This document shows positions 24,216-37,450 of a stretch of 64,000 bases of DNA, in pieces. A model generated the notes under the pieces. The model saw only the letters and a program-made list of their open reading frames with translations, was not told the DNA's origin and did not search any database. The position numbers were made by a program, and so were the translations under genes. Origin of the DNA: the human T2T-CHM13v2.0 reference genome, Homo sapiens; NCBI RefSeq assembly GCF_009914755.1, contig NC_060947.1. One strand, 5' to 3'. Every line of letters begins with the position of its first letter. Position 1 is the first letter of the stretch.

Positions 24216-25730
24216 TTGCCTCCAGAAGGCTAAAGAGGATTTTGCTAAATGCCTGATTAGTTAGACTTGCCTGCAGTCAAACGCATTATTGTAGCTTGAG
24301 CTTTCAGGAAGTTTGGACTGTTTCTCAGCATTCTCTCCGCCCCAGAGCCTCACCTGCATATTGAAAAGTGAGAGCCCCATAATTTGGTGGTTAATTTCAG
24401 GAGTCCAAGCAGTTTGGGAGATGAGATTTTGAAGGGGAGAATAAATAGCACCCTCTTCCCTACCCAAGCTCTGAAGCAATTCAACTGTAGTACAGAAAAA
24501 GAGTAAAAACAGTATAAAGTACAAAGCATTGCCTTTATCCCGCATAAAGTCTGGCTTGCAGGAGGTAGCTTAGTGTGAAATAGTTGCTAGTTAATAGAAG
24601 CTATTATTACTCATTCTTGTTCCTACCCCTGTGCTCCCTGGAAGCCCCGCTCCTTTGCCAAATTGAAAGCCTACACCTTGTCTAAAGTGAATTCATACAA
24701 GTAAATCAGCTGGCCTCATGCCTTTCTTTCCCCTTCTAGCGTATATTGACTTTTGTCTTTCCTGGACTCTTAATTTTCTGTACCAGACAATGTTGTATGA
24801 TTTCATAATAAATGCTATGTAGCATTTATTATGCTACATGGATGTTTTATGCTTGTCTCTCCGACTAGAATATATCTCTATGGACAGGATGCCTTTCTCA
24901 TATGTCATTAAAATAAGATGAGGTGTTTGAATGCACATAGCATAATGTCATGTGCATAGCAGGAGCTCAGAAATACTTTTTCTTTTATTCATCCTCTCCT
25001 TTCTGTTTTTCTCTCCCTTTAATTCTCTTTTTGTTCTTTCTCCTTTGTATCCACTGAAGCACTTACTGTAGTGCTGAAGTCCCAAGAAGTACTAAATAAA
25101 TACATGTGAACATAAATTTACTGTATTTTACTGTCCAGAATCCCCCTTTTATTCCTGAGAATGTGAGGTTCCTTTTTGTAAAATGCCTGATGTTGAGTTT
25201 ATTCAAAATGATTCCTTTCTTCCCTCATTAACTCTGAGGAAATAAGCAATAGCCAAGTTAGAGTCATGTGTTGGATTCAGTTGGACCCTAATAATATGTC
25301 TGGTATCCTAATTAGGTTTCCTCTGAATATCCTTGAGTGAATGCTGGACTACAAATTATGCCAAGATAAGCACTGTGTAGTGTTCTATGCTGTATCCCCA
25401 GTACCAAAATGTGGAAACAATACAAATGTCAATCAACTGACAAATAGTTGACCAACAAAAAGTGGTATATCCATACAATGGAATATTATTTGGCCATAAA
25501 AAGGATGAAGTATTGATTCACAAGACAGTATATTTGAACCTTGAAAATTTTATGTAAATTATAAGAAATCTGACACAAAATGCCACTTATTATATGATCC
25601 CATTTATATGAAATGTCCAGAATAGGCAAATCTATATAGACAGAAAGTAGAATCACATTTTTTTTAGGGCCAGGGCGGGGATGGGGACATGGGGAATGTT
25701 ACTGATAGTTAATGTGTGCAGGATTTCTTT

Positions 25731-25874
25731 CTTTAAATTTTACTTCAATTCTCCCAAAAACCAAATACTTAAGTATTATTATTCCCATTTTCCAAATAGG
25801 AAATTGAAATTTCAAAGGTTAAATAATGCCCAAGGTTATACAGAGTGTGAGTCTAGGCTGGGATTGTCTCCAGT
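25731..25874 (-). mobile_element. Internal MIR fragment (no head, no tail) with 12-bp direct repeats
   Basis: Reverse complement reads aatcccagc...taaccttgggcattatttaacc...tttcctatttggaaaatgggaataataat. Flanks are caggatttcttt (25719-25730) and cagggtttcttt (25875-25886). Confidence 0.7.
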
Positions 25875-25920
25875 CAGGGTTTCTTTTTGGGATGATGCAA
25901 ATGTTCCAAAGTTGACTGTA

Positions 25921-26204
25921 GGCTGGGCGCGGTGGCTAACACCTGTAATCCCAGCACCTTGGGAAGCTGAGGCAGGCAGATCACTTGGGGTCAGGAGTTT
26001 GAGACCAGCCTGGGCAACATTGTGAAACCCTGTCTCTACTAAAAATGCAAAAATTAGCCGGATGTGGTGGTGCCCACCTGTAGTCCCACCTAGTTGGGAG
26101 GCTGAGGCATGAGAATTGCTTGAAGCCGGGAGGCAGACATTGCAGTGAGCCAAGATTGCATCACTGCACTCCATCCTGGGTGACAGAGCAAGACCCTGTC
26201 TCAA

Positions 26205-26241
<37 letters not shown>
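25921..26241 (+). mobile_element. Alu (old S or Jb type) with (TAAA)n tail
   Basis: TSD aaagttgactgta at 25908-25920 and 26242-26254. Confidence 0.95.
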
Positions 26242-26243
<2 letters not shown>

Positions 26244-26590
26244 AGTTGACTGTAATGGTTGTATATATCTGTGAATACACTAAAAGCTATTCAATTATAT
26301 ACTTTAAATGATTGAATTTTATTCATGTGAATTTTATGTCAATAAATGGGTTAGCAAACTGGCCCCAAAGTATATGCTTAATAGATATTATTATTATCAG
26401 TGAAAAAAGTCAGAAACCCTGGGGATGAGCTTTGAGATTCAGTAATTTTTAAAAGCTTCCAAAGTGATTCTAATATTTTCAGCTGCAACTAAGAAGCTCT
26501 TTGCTAAGTGAATAAATGGCTGAATTCTATGTAAGCACTGATTGAATAAATCAGTGAATGAATGGATGACAGGGGTGAGCCTTGCTCCTC

Positions 26591-26904
26591 TTTTTTTTTC
26601 TTTTTTTGAGGCAGGGTCTCAGGCCGGAGTGCAGTGGTATGATCACCGGTCACTGTAGCTTCGTTCTCCAGAGCTCAAGTGATCCTCCTACCTCAGCCTC
26701 CCTAGTAGCTAGGATTATAGGCACATGCCACTATGCCCAGCTAATGTTTGTATTTTTTTCTTTTTTCTTTTTTTTTTTTTGTTGAGATAGGGTTTTGCCA
26801 TGTTGCCCAGACTGATCTCAAACTCCTGGGCTCAAGCAATCCTCCTGCATTGGCCTCCCAAAGGGATGGGATTACAGGCGTGAGCCACTGCACCCTGCCC
26901 AGCC
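26591..26904 (-). mobile_element. AluJ
   Basis: Reverse dimer with aactcctgggctcaagcaatcctcc; degenerate TSD ttgct(c/t)ct. Confidence 0.9.
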
Positions 26905-27742
26905 TTGCTTCTTTTGCCTGGCTGGGAAAGTCCAAATATCTGGAGCATTGCAGGAGATGCCAATTTGATCTGGAAGCCCAATTGTTTCTCAGGTCACAGA
27001 ATGATGTGCAGGGTGGGGCCCTACCAACACTTCCATGATATGCCTACCTGCACCCTGACTTCTGGGTAATTCAGCAAGTGGGCTGCACATCCTTAGAGAG
27101 CATACGTCAAGGGATTAGAGCTCTTTTCAAGGAAGGAGCTCTGTCAACACAAAGCACAATATTATTGCATTTTTATAAAGCTGTATGAATTTTCACATAC
27201 CATCTGCCTGTTATTTTTACAAGTTCCTGCCTAAAAGTAGGTTTGCATTTATGCTGTCAGAATTTGAAGGCATAATTGTGATGGTGTTCCTTATAATTAT
27301 TATTGCATTTTCTTCCCAGTGGCTATTTGTTTTATTATGAGTTTTATTTTTCTCCCAGGAAAACCTCCATGAGTGAATCAAATGCATGTAAATGAGGGCA
27401 CTCAGATACCATCCATAGACAGCATAAGATGGTTAGACTCTGAAAGTTAATGAGCTAATGTATTGCTAATCAACCCAGCTTACAACATAATTTAGTAGAT
27501 ATAATTGAAATACTGAATAGAATCAAGCATGTAGCATTTTGAACTATTTCTATTTTGCATTCACTTTCATTAAACAGAAGTTAGAAGTGTGTGTGTGGCC
27601 TTCCTCTTTTTTAGCCATGCCTAATGTCAGCAAACATATTGAAACAAGTACACGGAAGTTTTAGTCCAGAGCTCTCTAAGCACACATCACTTATATTGAC
27701 CAGTTATGATTCTTAGCCTTTAGCACATGATAAAAAAAAATT

Positions 27743-28040
<298 letters not shown>

Positions 28041-28518
28041 TCACAGGACAGTTGGGCCTTGCACAACCCAATGTACAGCTCAGACACCAAGCAGCTTTCC
28101 TGACTCTGGGTTCAGTGTGACCCTTTCTGGAGGAACTGAAAGGCATGGGCAGCGTGCCGTACCCCAGCGTGAGGCATGGCAGATAGGACTGCTTGCCTTT
28201 AAATGCCAGGCCGAAACTCAGTCCCCCGCGCAGAATCTGTCATGCCCTGAAATTCTCCTTTCTACAGGGGGCTTCTTGCTCTTTTTGGTATGTGGTTTCA
28301 TTAGCTGTTATCCTTTGACATCACTGGTTCTTGGGCCCCTTAACTTTACAGTTAGGCCTTCAGTTCTAACACTCCTGAAATCTCACAGTTCCTGTGAGTT
28401 TTTGTCAATGCATCTTCTTGCAATATTCATGGCAAAATTTGCACCTGCTTAGGTTAAAGTGAGACCTGCCAGATGTAGCGATCTTACTGAGTTTACCAAA
28501 ATTGCCACACACAGATGC

Positions 28519-28543
28519 ACACACACACACACACACACACACA
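28519..28543. repeat. (CA)n microsatellite, about 12 units
   Basis: Read directly. Confidence 0.95.
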
Positions 28544-28976
28544 TTTTCTATTCTAAACTCTTAACCCTGTAGAGAAGTATAATATGTTCACAGTGGCAAC
28601 ATGGAAAAATCATTTCTAGCAAATCAAAATTTACAGAATCCTGCCCAAAGTACTATATTCTTGATTAATATTAATTGGATGTTAGTGTCCAGTATTATGG
28701 AAAATACAACTGCCAAATTCATAGAGAACATCAAGGACAGGTAGTGGGAAGCATATTGAATACATAGTAGGTGTTCAAAAAATATTTCAATTCATTTCAC
28801 AGAAAGCACTGATTTAATAATTGCATACAACTGTGGAGACACAAAACAAAATGAAACAAAGCAACAGGCTTCCTCTCAATGGCATGTTTTAATTGGAAGT
28901 TCAGAGGAAAATGCAAATTGGAATCATCCTGAAAGACAACTGAGCAACTCTTTTCCAGACTTCAAAAATCTTTGCT

Positions 28977-30838
28977 AAATCACAAGCATTCCTATACATC
29001 AATAACAGACAAACAGAGAGCCTAATCATGAATGAACTCCCATTCACAATTGCTGCAAAGAGAATAAAATACCTAGGAATCCAACTTAGAAGTGATGTAA
29101 AGGACATCTTCAAGGAGAACTACAAACCACTGCTCAAGGAAATAAGAGAGGACACAAACAAATGGAAAAACATTCCATGCTCATGGGTAAGAAGAATAAA
29201 TATTGTGAAAATGGCCATACTTCCCAAAGTAATTTATAGATTCAATGCTATCCCAATTCAAGCTACCACTGGCTTTCTTCATAGAATTGGAAAAAACTAC
29301 TTTAAACTTCATATGGAACCAAAAAAGAGCCCACATAGCCAAGACAATCCTAAGCAAAAAGAACAAAACTGGAGGCCTCATGCTCCCTGACTTCAAACTA
29401 TACTACAAGTCTACGGTAACCAAAACAGCATGGTACCAGTATCAAAACAGATATATAGACCAATGGAACAGAACAGAGGCCTCAGAAATAACACCACACA
29501 TCTACAACTATCTGATCTTTGACAAACCTGACAAAAACCAGCAATGGGGAAAAGATTCCCTATTTAATAAATGGTGTTGGAAAAACTGGCTAGCCATATG
29601 CAGAAAACTGAAACTGGGCCCCTTCCTTACACCTTATGCAAAAATCAACTCAAGATGGATTAAAGACTTAAACGTAAGACCTAAAACCATAAAAATCCTA
29701 GAAGAAAACCAGGGAAATACCATTCAGGACATAGGCATGTGCAAAGACTTCATGTCTAAAACACCAAAAGCAATGGCAACAAAAGACAAAATTGACAAAT
29801 GGGATCTAATTAAACTAAAGAGCTTCTGCACAGCAAAAGAAACTATCATCAGAGTGAACAGGCAACCTAGAGAATGGGAGAAAATTTTTGAAATCTATCC
29901 ATCTGACAAAGGGCTAATATCCAGAATCTACAAAGAACTTATACAAATTTACAGAAAAAAGAAACAACCCCATCAAAAAGTAGGCGAAGGATATGAACAG
30001 ACACTTCTCAAAAGAAGACATTTATGCAGCCAACAAACATATGAAAAAATGTTCATCATCACTGGTCATTAGAGAAATGCAAATTAAAACCATAATGAGA
30101 TACCATCTCATGCCAGTTAGAATGGTGATCATTAAAAAGTCAGGAAACAACAGATGCTGGAGAGGATGTGGAGAAATAGGAATGCTTTTACGCTGTTGGT
30201 GGGAGTGTAAATTAGTTCAACCACTGTGGAAGACAGTGAGCAATTCCACAAGGATATAGAACTAGAAATACCATTTGACCCAGCAATCCCATTCCTTGGT
30301 ATATACCCAAAGGATTATAAATCATTCTACTATAAAGACACATGCACATGTATGTTTATTGCAGCACTACTCACAATAGCAAAGACTTGGAACCAACCCA
30401 AATGCCAATCAATGATAGACTGGATAAAGAAAATGTGGTGCATATACACCATGGAATACTATGCAGCTGTAAAAAAGGATGAGTTCATGTCCTTTGCAGG
30501 GACATGGATGAAGCTGGAAACCATCATTCTCAGCAAACTATCACAAGAACAGAAAACCAAACACCTCATGTTCTCACTCGTAAGTGGGAGTTGATCAAGG
30601 AGAACACATGAACACAGGGAGGGGAACATCACACACCGGGGGCTGTTGGTGGGTGGGGGGCTAGGTAAGAGTTAGCATTACTAGAAATACCTAATGCAGG
30701 TGACGGGTTGATGGGTGCAGCAAACCACCATGCCATATGTATACCTATATAACAAAACTGCGCATTCTGCACATGTATCCCAGAACTTTAATAATTAATA
30801 ATAATAATAATAATAAAATGATGAAATGAAACTGAAAA
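28977..30838 (+). mobile_element. 5'-truncated L1PA (PA6-PA8-like), about 1.86 kb
   Basis: ORF2 C-terminal half, G-rich 3'UTR and AAT-rich tail. TSD aaaa(a/t)tctttgct at 28964-28976 and 30839-30851. Confidence 0.95.
29028..30594 (+). pseudogene. Frameshifted LINE-1 ORF2p fragment (RT end and C-terminal domain)
   Basis: ORFs 29028-29390 (IKYLGIQL...[10 protein letters not shown]), 29245-30072 (LPDFKLYYK...[14 protein letters not shown]), 29993-30259 (CWRGCGEIG...[13 protein letters not shown]) and 30226-30594 (WIKKMWCIYTMEYY) are consecutive ORF2p segments in different frames. Confidence 0.95.
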
Positions 30839-30856
30839 AAAATTCTTTGCTTTGGA

Positions 30857-31161
30857 CAGTGGGTTTTTCACTTTAGTATGCATCAGAATCACCAGGATGG
30901 CTTGGGAAAACAGATTGCTGGGCTCTACCTCCATAGTTTCCAATTCACTAGGTTAGGGATGATGCCCAACACTTTTATTTCTAACAACTTCCCAGTTCAT
31001 GCCAATGCTCCTGGTTGTAGGATGACCAACCATGCTAGCTTGCCCAGGACTGACGGGTGTTCCTGGATATGGAACTTTTAGTGATAAAACGGGACACTCC
31101 TGGGCAAACCAGAATGGTTGGTCACCCTGCTGGCCCAGGACCAGACTTTGCATACCACTAG
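30857..31161 (+). mobile_element. MER5A interrupted by MER81
   Basis: tgcatcagaatcacc...aaaacagattgctgggc...tttctaacaacttccca; resumes ggaccagactttgcataccact. Confidence 0.8.
31018..31129 (+). mobile_element. MER81-like hAT-Blackjack MITE
   Basis: TIRs taggatgaccaacc / ggttggtcaccctg; about 112 bp, palindromic. Confidence 0.8.
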
Positions 31162-31254
31162 TCATGGTGGTTGTATGGTAATCAGCAGGGCACCCTACAT
31201 GTTCAGGCAACACCAGCATCCCTTGCTGTCCCAATTGTAGATAGTCAAGCTCAG

Positions 31255-31723
31255 TGTGATGGTTAATTTTATGTGTCAACTTGACTGGGCCTGGAAGTGC
31301 CCAGTTTAAACATTGTTTCTGGCTGTGTCTATGAAGATGTTTCCAGACATTAGCATTTGAATTGGTGGACTCCATATAATAGATTGCCCTCTGCAATGTG
31401 GGTGGGTACCATCCAATCAGTTGAGGGCCTAAATAGGAAAAACAATGGAAGCAGGAATTTGCCCCTTTTTTGCTTCCTGCCTGCCTGCCTGCTTAAGCTG
31501 GGAAATGGGTCTTGTCTGCCCTTGGAGAGGATTTAAACCATCATCTCCTCCGGATCTCAGGCCTTTGGACTCAGGTTGGCTACACCACTCGCTTTCCTGA
31601 GTCTCCAGCTGGTCATGTCACTTCTCTGTCCCCATAATCATGCGAGCCAACTTCTCACAATAAATCTCTTCCAATAGCTGTATCCTATTGGTTCTGTTTA
31701 TCTGGAGGACCCTGACGAATACA
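31255..31723 (+). mobile_element. MLT2 (ERVL) solo LTR, MLT2D/C-like
   Basis: tgtgatggttaattttatgtgtcaacttgactggg...ctattggttctgtt...cctgacgaataca. Perfect 5-bp TSD ctcag at 31250-31254 and 31724-31728. Confidence 0.9.
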
Positions 31724-31947
31724 CTCAGTAGATGAACCAAGTAATAGAGGGAGGAAGTTCTTATACTTGGAGACTCAGTGTAAGCAGTCTGGTGCACTTC
31801 CCTGACCCAGTTTCTAGCCCTCTGCCCTGTGCCACTGTACACCCTCCCAAGTACTGGGACTAGAAGATGTCTTCAGTTGAGGTCTTTCATTTTCTCCAGA
31901 TGAGATCTGTTTTGATGCAAGTTGCCTGGATCCACCTTGAGGGGTGA

Positions 31948-32545
<598 letters not shown>

Positions 32546-32556
32546 GTGATCATAAA

Positions 32557-33330
32557 AATCCTACACTGTTGGTGAGAATGTAAAATAGTACACCCATTAT
32601 GAAGAACAATATGGAGGTTTTGCAACACTCTAAAAATAGACCTACGATATGACCCAGCAGTCCCACTGCAAGGCATTTATCCAAAGGAAAGGAAATCAGT
32701 ATATCAAAGGGATACCTGCACTCGTACATGTTTATTGAAACATTAGTCACAATAGCCAAGATGTGGAAGTAACCTAAGTGTGTATCACCAGATGAATGGA
32801 TAAAGAAACTGTGGTATACAGTGGAGTACTATTCAGCCATAGAAAATGAAATAATGTCATTTGCAGCAATATGGATGGAACTGGAGGTCATTACGTTAAG
32901 GGAAATAAGCCAGGCACAGACACAGAATGACAAATAATTGTATGTTCTCACTCATATGTGGGAACTAGTAAAGTGAATTTAATGGAATTGGAGAGTAGAA
33001 TGATAGATACCAGAGGTTGGGAAGGGCGTGTAGGTGGGCGGGGGGATGAAGAGAGGTTGGTCCATGAGTACAAACATACAGTTCTGTAGGAGGAATAATT
33101 TCCAGTGTTCAATAGCACAGTAGGATTACTATAGTTAACAATAATTTATTGCGTAATTCAAAATAGAAGAGAACATTTGAAATGTTTCCAACACTAAGAT
33201 GTGATAAATGTTCAAAGTGATGGATATCCTAAATAGCATGATTTGATCATCACACAATGTGTGCACGTATCAAAATTACACCTGTTCTCCATAAATATGT
33301 ACATTTATTGTGTATCAATAATATTTTAAA
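32557..33330 (+). mobile_element. L1MA (MA5-MA8-like) 3' end
   Basis: ggaaatcagtatatcaaagggatacctgcac...ggatggaactggaggtcatt...tttgatcatcacaca...cataaatatgtac...tcaataa. Confidence 0.85.
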
Positions 33331-33628
33331 ATTCTACATCCTAACACCCGTTATTGGATCCTTAAGATCACAGCAAAAATACTAAAGTGGAAAGTTTGCC
33401 CTGCCCCAAAGTGATGTTCAGTGTTGCATGATTGCTGAATCATAGTACTTCGACTTTGTTTTGCAACTTAAAAGGCCCAATGAAAGAACAGAAGAGGTCT
33501 CAAATAAATCACTTATGTTACTGAACAAAAATTCTAAGAGAAATAACTCCCTTGCCTACATGGAGAATAAGGAGTGTTAATGAGTTAAGAATCATTTTAA
33601 ACATTTTCAGTTAACAGATGGTGAATTT

Positions 33629-33992
33629 GAGGTCAGACCGGTTCTCTGCTCTTGAACCCTATTTTCTGTTGTTTAAGATGTTTATCAAGACAATACTTGC
33701 ACAGCTGAACATAGACCCTTGTCAGGAGTTTTTGATTTTGCCCTTTGCCTTGTGATCTTTGTGATCTACTCCCTGTTCGTACACCCCCTCCCCTTTTGAA
33801 GTCCTTAATAAAAACCTGCTGGTTTTGCAGCTGAGGTGGGCATCACGGTCGTACCGATATGTGATGTCACCCCTGGAGGCCCAGCTGTAAACTTCCTCTC
33901 TTTGTACTCTTTCTCTTTATTTCTCAGCTGGCCGACACTTAGGGAAAATAGAAAGAACCTACGTTGAAATATTGGGGGTGGGTTCCCCGATA
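33629..33992 (+). mobile_element. MER11 (HERV-K HML-8 LTR), 3' third only
   Basis: ggtcagaccggttctctgctc...aataaaaacctgctggttttgc...gaaaatagaaagaacctacgttgaaatattgggggtgggttccccgata is the MER11 3' terminus. Confidence 0.9.
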
Positions 33993-34049
33993 CCCCACTT
34001 ATCTGCTTTTCCAGGTTCATCTTGTGAAGGGCTCAGTCTATCTCTCTCA

Positions 34050-34177
34050 CTACTGGCACTTAAGAGGTTGAGCTCAGGGATGCTGCTAAATGTCTTGCAA
34101 TGCACTTGGTAGCCCTCCAACAACAAAGAATTATGTTAGCCCCAAGTGTCAATAGTTTCATGGTTGAGAAACTCTAC
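34050..34177 (+). mobile_element. MER20 3' half
   Basis: cagggatgctgctaaat...caacaaagaattat...tgtcaatagt...ggttgagaaact. Confidence 0.8.
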
Positions 34178-34430
34178 TTTATGCTTTCACTTCTCAAATT
34201 GCTGTCAGAGGATAGTATACACTATTTTGCAGACTCAGGGCAAACACTTTCATAAAGCATCAAGTTTGTTCATAGATCTTGGGACCCCCTTTTCAAGCAT
34301 TAAAGCAAAAATGGATATTATATAGTCTAGAATACAAAATATTTTAAGATACTACTTTTAAAACAATTTTATAAATTCTACTCACATAGTATTATCATAA
34401 GAATTAGAAGTATTATGGTAGGCAGTTAAC

Positions 34431-35292
34431 TTTTTGTATTGTGGTAAAAGACATAGAACATAGTATTTATCATTTTAACACTTTTCAAGCATACAGTTTA
34501 GTGGCATTAAGTAAATTCACGTTGTTGTGCAATCATCACCACTATGCTTCTCTAGAACTTTCTCATCTTCCCAAGCTGAAACTCCTTACTCATTAAATGC
34601 TAACTTCCCATTCCCTCCTCCCCCCAGACCTGGCGCCCATCATTCTGTCTCTATGAGTTTGACTATTCTAGGTATTGGATATAAGGGGAATCAGATTATT
34701 CCTTCTGTGACTGGCATATTTTAGTTAGCATGATGTCTTCAAGGTTCATCCATGTTCTAGCATGTGTCCATATTTCCCTCCTTTTAAAAGCTGAAAAATA
34801 TTCCATTGTATTCATGCACCACATTTTGTTTATTCATCTGTTGATGGATACTGGGTTGCTTCTGCATTTTTAGCTATTGTGATTATGGGTATACTAATGT
34901 CCATTTGAATCCCTGTTTTCAATATTCTAGGTTATATCCCCAGAAGGGGAATTGCTGTCTGTGTTTTTTTGAGGGACTGCCATACCATTTTCCACAGCAG
35001 CTGCACCATTTTACAATCCCACCAGCAATACACAGGGGTTCTAATTACTCCACAACTTCACCAACATTTGTTTTTTTTTGGGGGGGGGGTTCTTGTTATT
35101 AATAGCGACACTAACGCGTGTGAAGTGGTTGTGCATTGTGGTTTTGTTTTGCATATCCTTAATGATTTGTGATGGTGAGCAGCTTTTCATGTGTCTATCT
35201 GCCATCTGTATATCTCTTTAGAAAAATGGCTATTCAAGTCTTTTGCCCATTTTAAAATTGGGTTGTTTGTTTTTTTGTGGTTGTTGTATTGT
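34431..35292 (-). mobile_element. L1MB/L1MA10-type 3' end
   Basis: gtggcattaagtaaattcacgttgttgtgc...aggttcatccatgtt...ccattttacaatcccaccagcaat...ctattcaagtcttttgcccatttt. Confidence 0.85.
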
Positions 35293-36324
35293 AATGAAAA
35301 AACTCTTGAAGTATAAGTTTGAATCTGCTCTGCTTTCTGGCTCTGTCTCCAGAGCACTAGGACTCACTCTTTCTTGGAATTCAGCAAAGACCTTGGGATC
35401 TTGGCTTTCAGCTCTTGGTCATTTGTTGATGAATTTAGCATTAATAATTTAATGGCTGATAATGGGCTAGTACATGACCTCTCAGTCCATAATTACACTT
35501 ACTTGTGTGGTTCCCAGAAAAGATGATGTCTTAACTCAAAGAAATGAGTTCCAGTTGGTGAAACTTCTGCCACATAGGGGAAATTATCTTTGAGTAGAGC
35601 AACTTTGTTTCTCACTCCATACCATTTAGACAGTCCTGCACTCACGAATTTGATTTTACAAATTGCATGTGTTCTTTCCGACTCTTTGCTCCCATGTACA
35701 ATAGAAGAAAAACTAATAACCCTCACATTTGTATTGCGTTCATCAGAATGAGCTTGAGGGCATGTTTTTCCTTATTTTAACAACAGATTAAGAGTTCCCT
35801 TATAACATGATGCTGTGCTGCTTCTTTTTCTGATTGTTTGAATTCATACATAAAAACTGAATAGGTCTGAACTGAAAGATTTTGTTTCCACATGTCAGAA
35901 ACTGAAACTCACCCAAATATGTTGGAATTCTGTGCATGGGCAATCAGAGCTGCCGTGCCTTTTTTTATGGAATGGGCATGTGCCTCATTTGCTCCTATGA
36001 TCAAGTTCATGCATATATCTTCCTGAGAGGATAATCACAGATGAGATTTCTATAGTGTTTGCTATCTGCCAGGTATTGTGGTGACTCCTCTCTCTCTGTC
36101 ATCAAAAGGCTTGGAACCCACTTCCAGAGCTTTCGCTGCCATGTTTCTAGGGTTTCTTCTCCTGAAGGCAAACTACACCATTACTGTGCATACCTCTAGC
36201 CTGAAGAAGTGGTTCTTCTGAGGACTGTAGATCATACTCAGATTAGAGTGTCCACCCATACACATACAAGACAGGGTGGTGCAGTATTGAGCTAGGAGAA
36301 GAAGGGGGTGGGCTGACTTTCCTT

Positions 36325-36875
36325 TGTGAAAGGAAAATAAATCTCGATACCCTCCAAATCACTAAGCCAAAGGGAAAAGTCAAGCTGGGAATTGCTTAGG
36401 GCAAACCTGCCTCCCATTCTATTCAAATAAAAGATCGCTACTAAGAAAACAAACAAACAAACAAACAAACAAACAAAACTGCATACCTCCCTCACAATTT
36501 GTGGACAAATGACAGACAGAACTCAAAGTCATCCCTGTGCTCACTGAGATAAATGCGTATGTGATTGCTTCCTTTGGAAAAGCTAATCGAAACTCAAAAG
36601 AATGCCACCGTTTGTCTCTCATCTACCTACGACCTGGAATCCCCCTCCCTGCTTCAAGTTGTCCTGCCTTTCCAGACTGAACCAATGTACATCTTACATA
36701 TATTGATTGATGTCTTATGTTTCCCTAAAATGTCTAAAACCAAGCTGTGCTCCGACCACCTTGGGCACATATCGTCAGGACCTCCTGAGGCTGTGTCATG
36801 GGTGCGTGTCCTTAACCTTGGCAAAATAAACTTTCTAAATTGGTTGAGACTTGTCTCAGGTATTTTGGGCTCACA
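36325..36875 (+). mobile_element. MER4A-type (ERV1) solo LTR
   Basis: tgtgaaaggaaaataaatct...aaatcactaagccaaagggaaaagtcaagctggga...caggacctcctgaggctgtgtca...aataaac...ctcaca. 4-bp TSD cctt. Internal (AAAC)n. Confidence 0.9.
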
Positions 36876-37247
36876 CCTTGTACCACCAAATTCTTGTGAA
36901 GAACTCTGAGGAGTCATGGAATTCTGCAAACCTGAACTTGCAGGTTGTTACAAAGGTATGTTTATAAAGGTAAGAGAATTAAACATGTTTTATTCATCAG
37001 TTTGTTAACCTTTTTTGGACTTACGGTGTGTGGACCTCCATTTGTACTCTTGTCCCAGTTTTCCAGAAATGTTAGGGGCAGTTGTATTTTAGGCTTTGTG
37101 TTTGTAAGTGTAGCCAGAAGGTCTCAAAAGTTTACCAGTGAAATTGAGTAGGAGTGGTTGGTGGAGGTGAGGGAAGAAGAGAAAGAGGATAAATACTTTT
37201 CTGGGCTTCTCATTTTCCATTTAACTGGAAAATTCCAGTAAAATGAA

Positions 37248-37450
37248 TGGCTTAGTACACAAACTCTGGAACCAGACATTCTGGGTTTTAATCTTGCCTG
37301 TGCAGTGTACTAGCTGTATAACCTTAGGCAAGTCACTTAACCCCTATGTTTTTCAGTGTTCTCATATGTAAAATGGGGAGGACATTAATCTATCTTGTAT
37401 GATATTAACATGCTTAAAACAGTGCTTCACAAGTTGTATGTTCCATGGGT
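37248..37450 (+). mobile_element. MIR
   Basis: ctctggaaccagac...ctagctgtataaccttaggcaagtcacttaacc...tgtaaaatgggga. Confidence 0.8.

Larger units (their letters stand above)
25405..26350 (+). mobile_element. L1MB7/8- or L1ME-type 3' end, interrupted by a MIR fragment (25731-25874) and an Alu (25921-26241)
   Basis: gtggtatatccatacaatggaatattatttggccataaaaagg...gaaatgtccagaataggcaaatc...gggtttctttttgggatgat...tgtgaatacactaaaa...tcaataaa. Confidence 0.8.

Noticed and set aside
29028-30594. Longest ORFs (up to 275 aa) as a gene or active reverse-transcriptase system
   Set aside because: They are frameshifted pieces of L1 ORF2p in a 5'-truncated element with no promoter, ORF1 or endonuclease domain.
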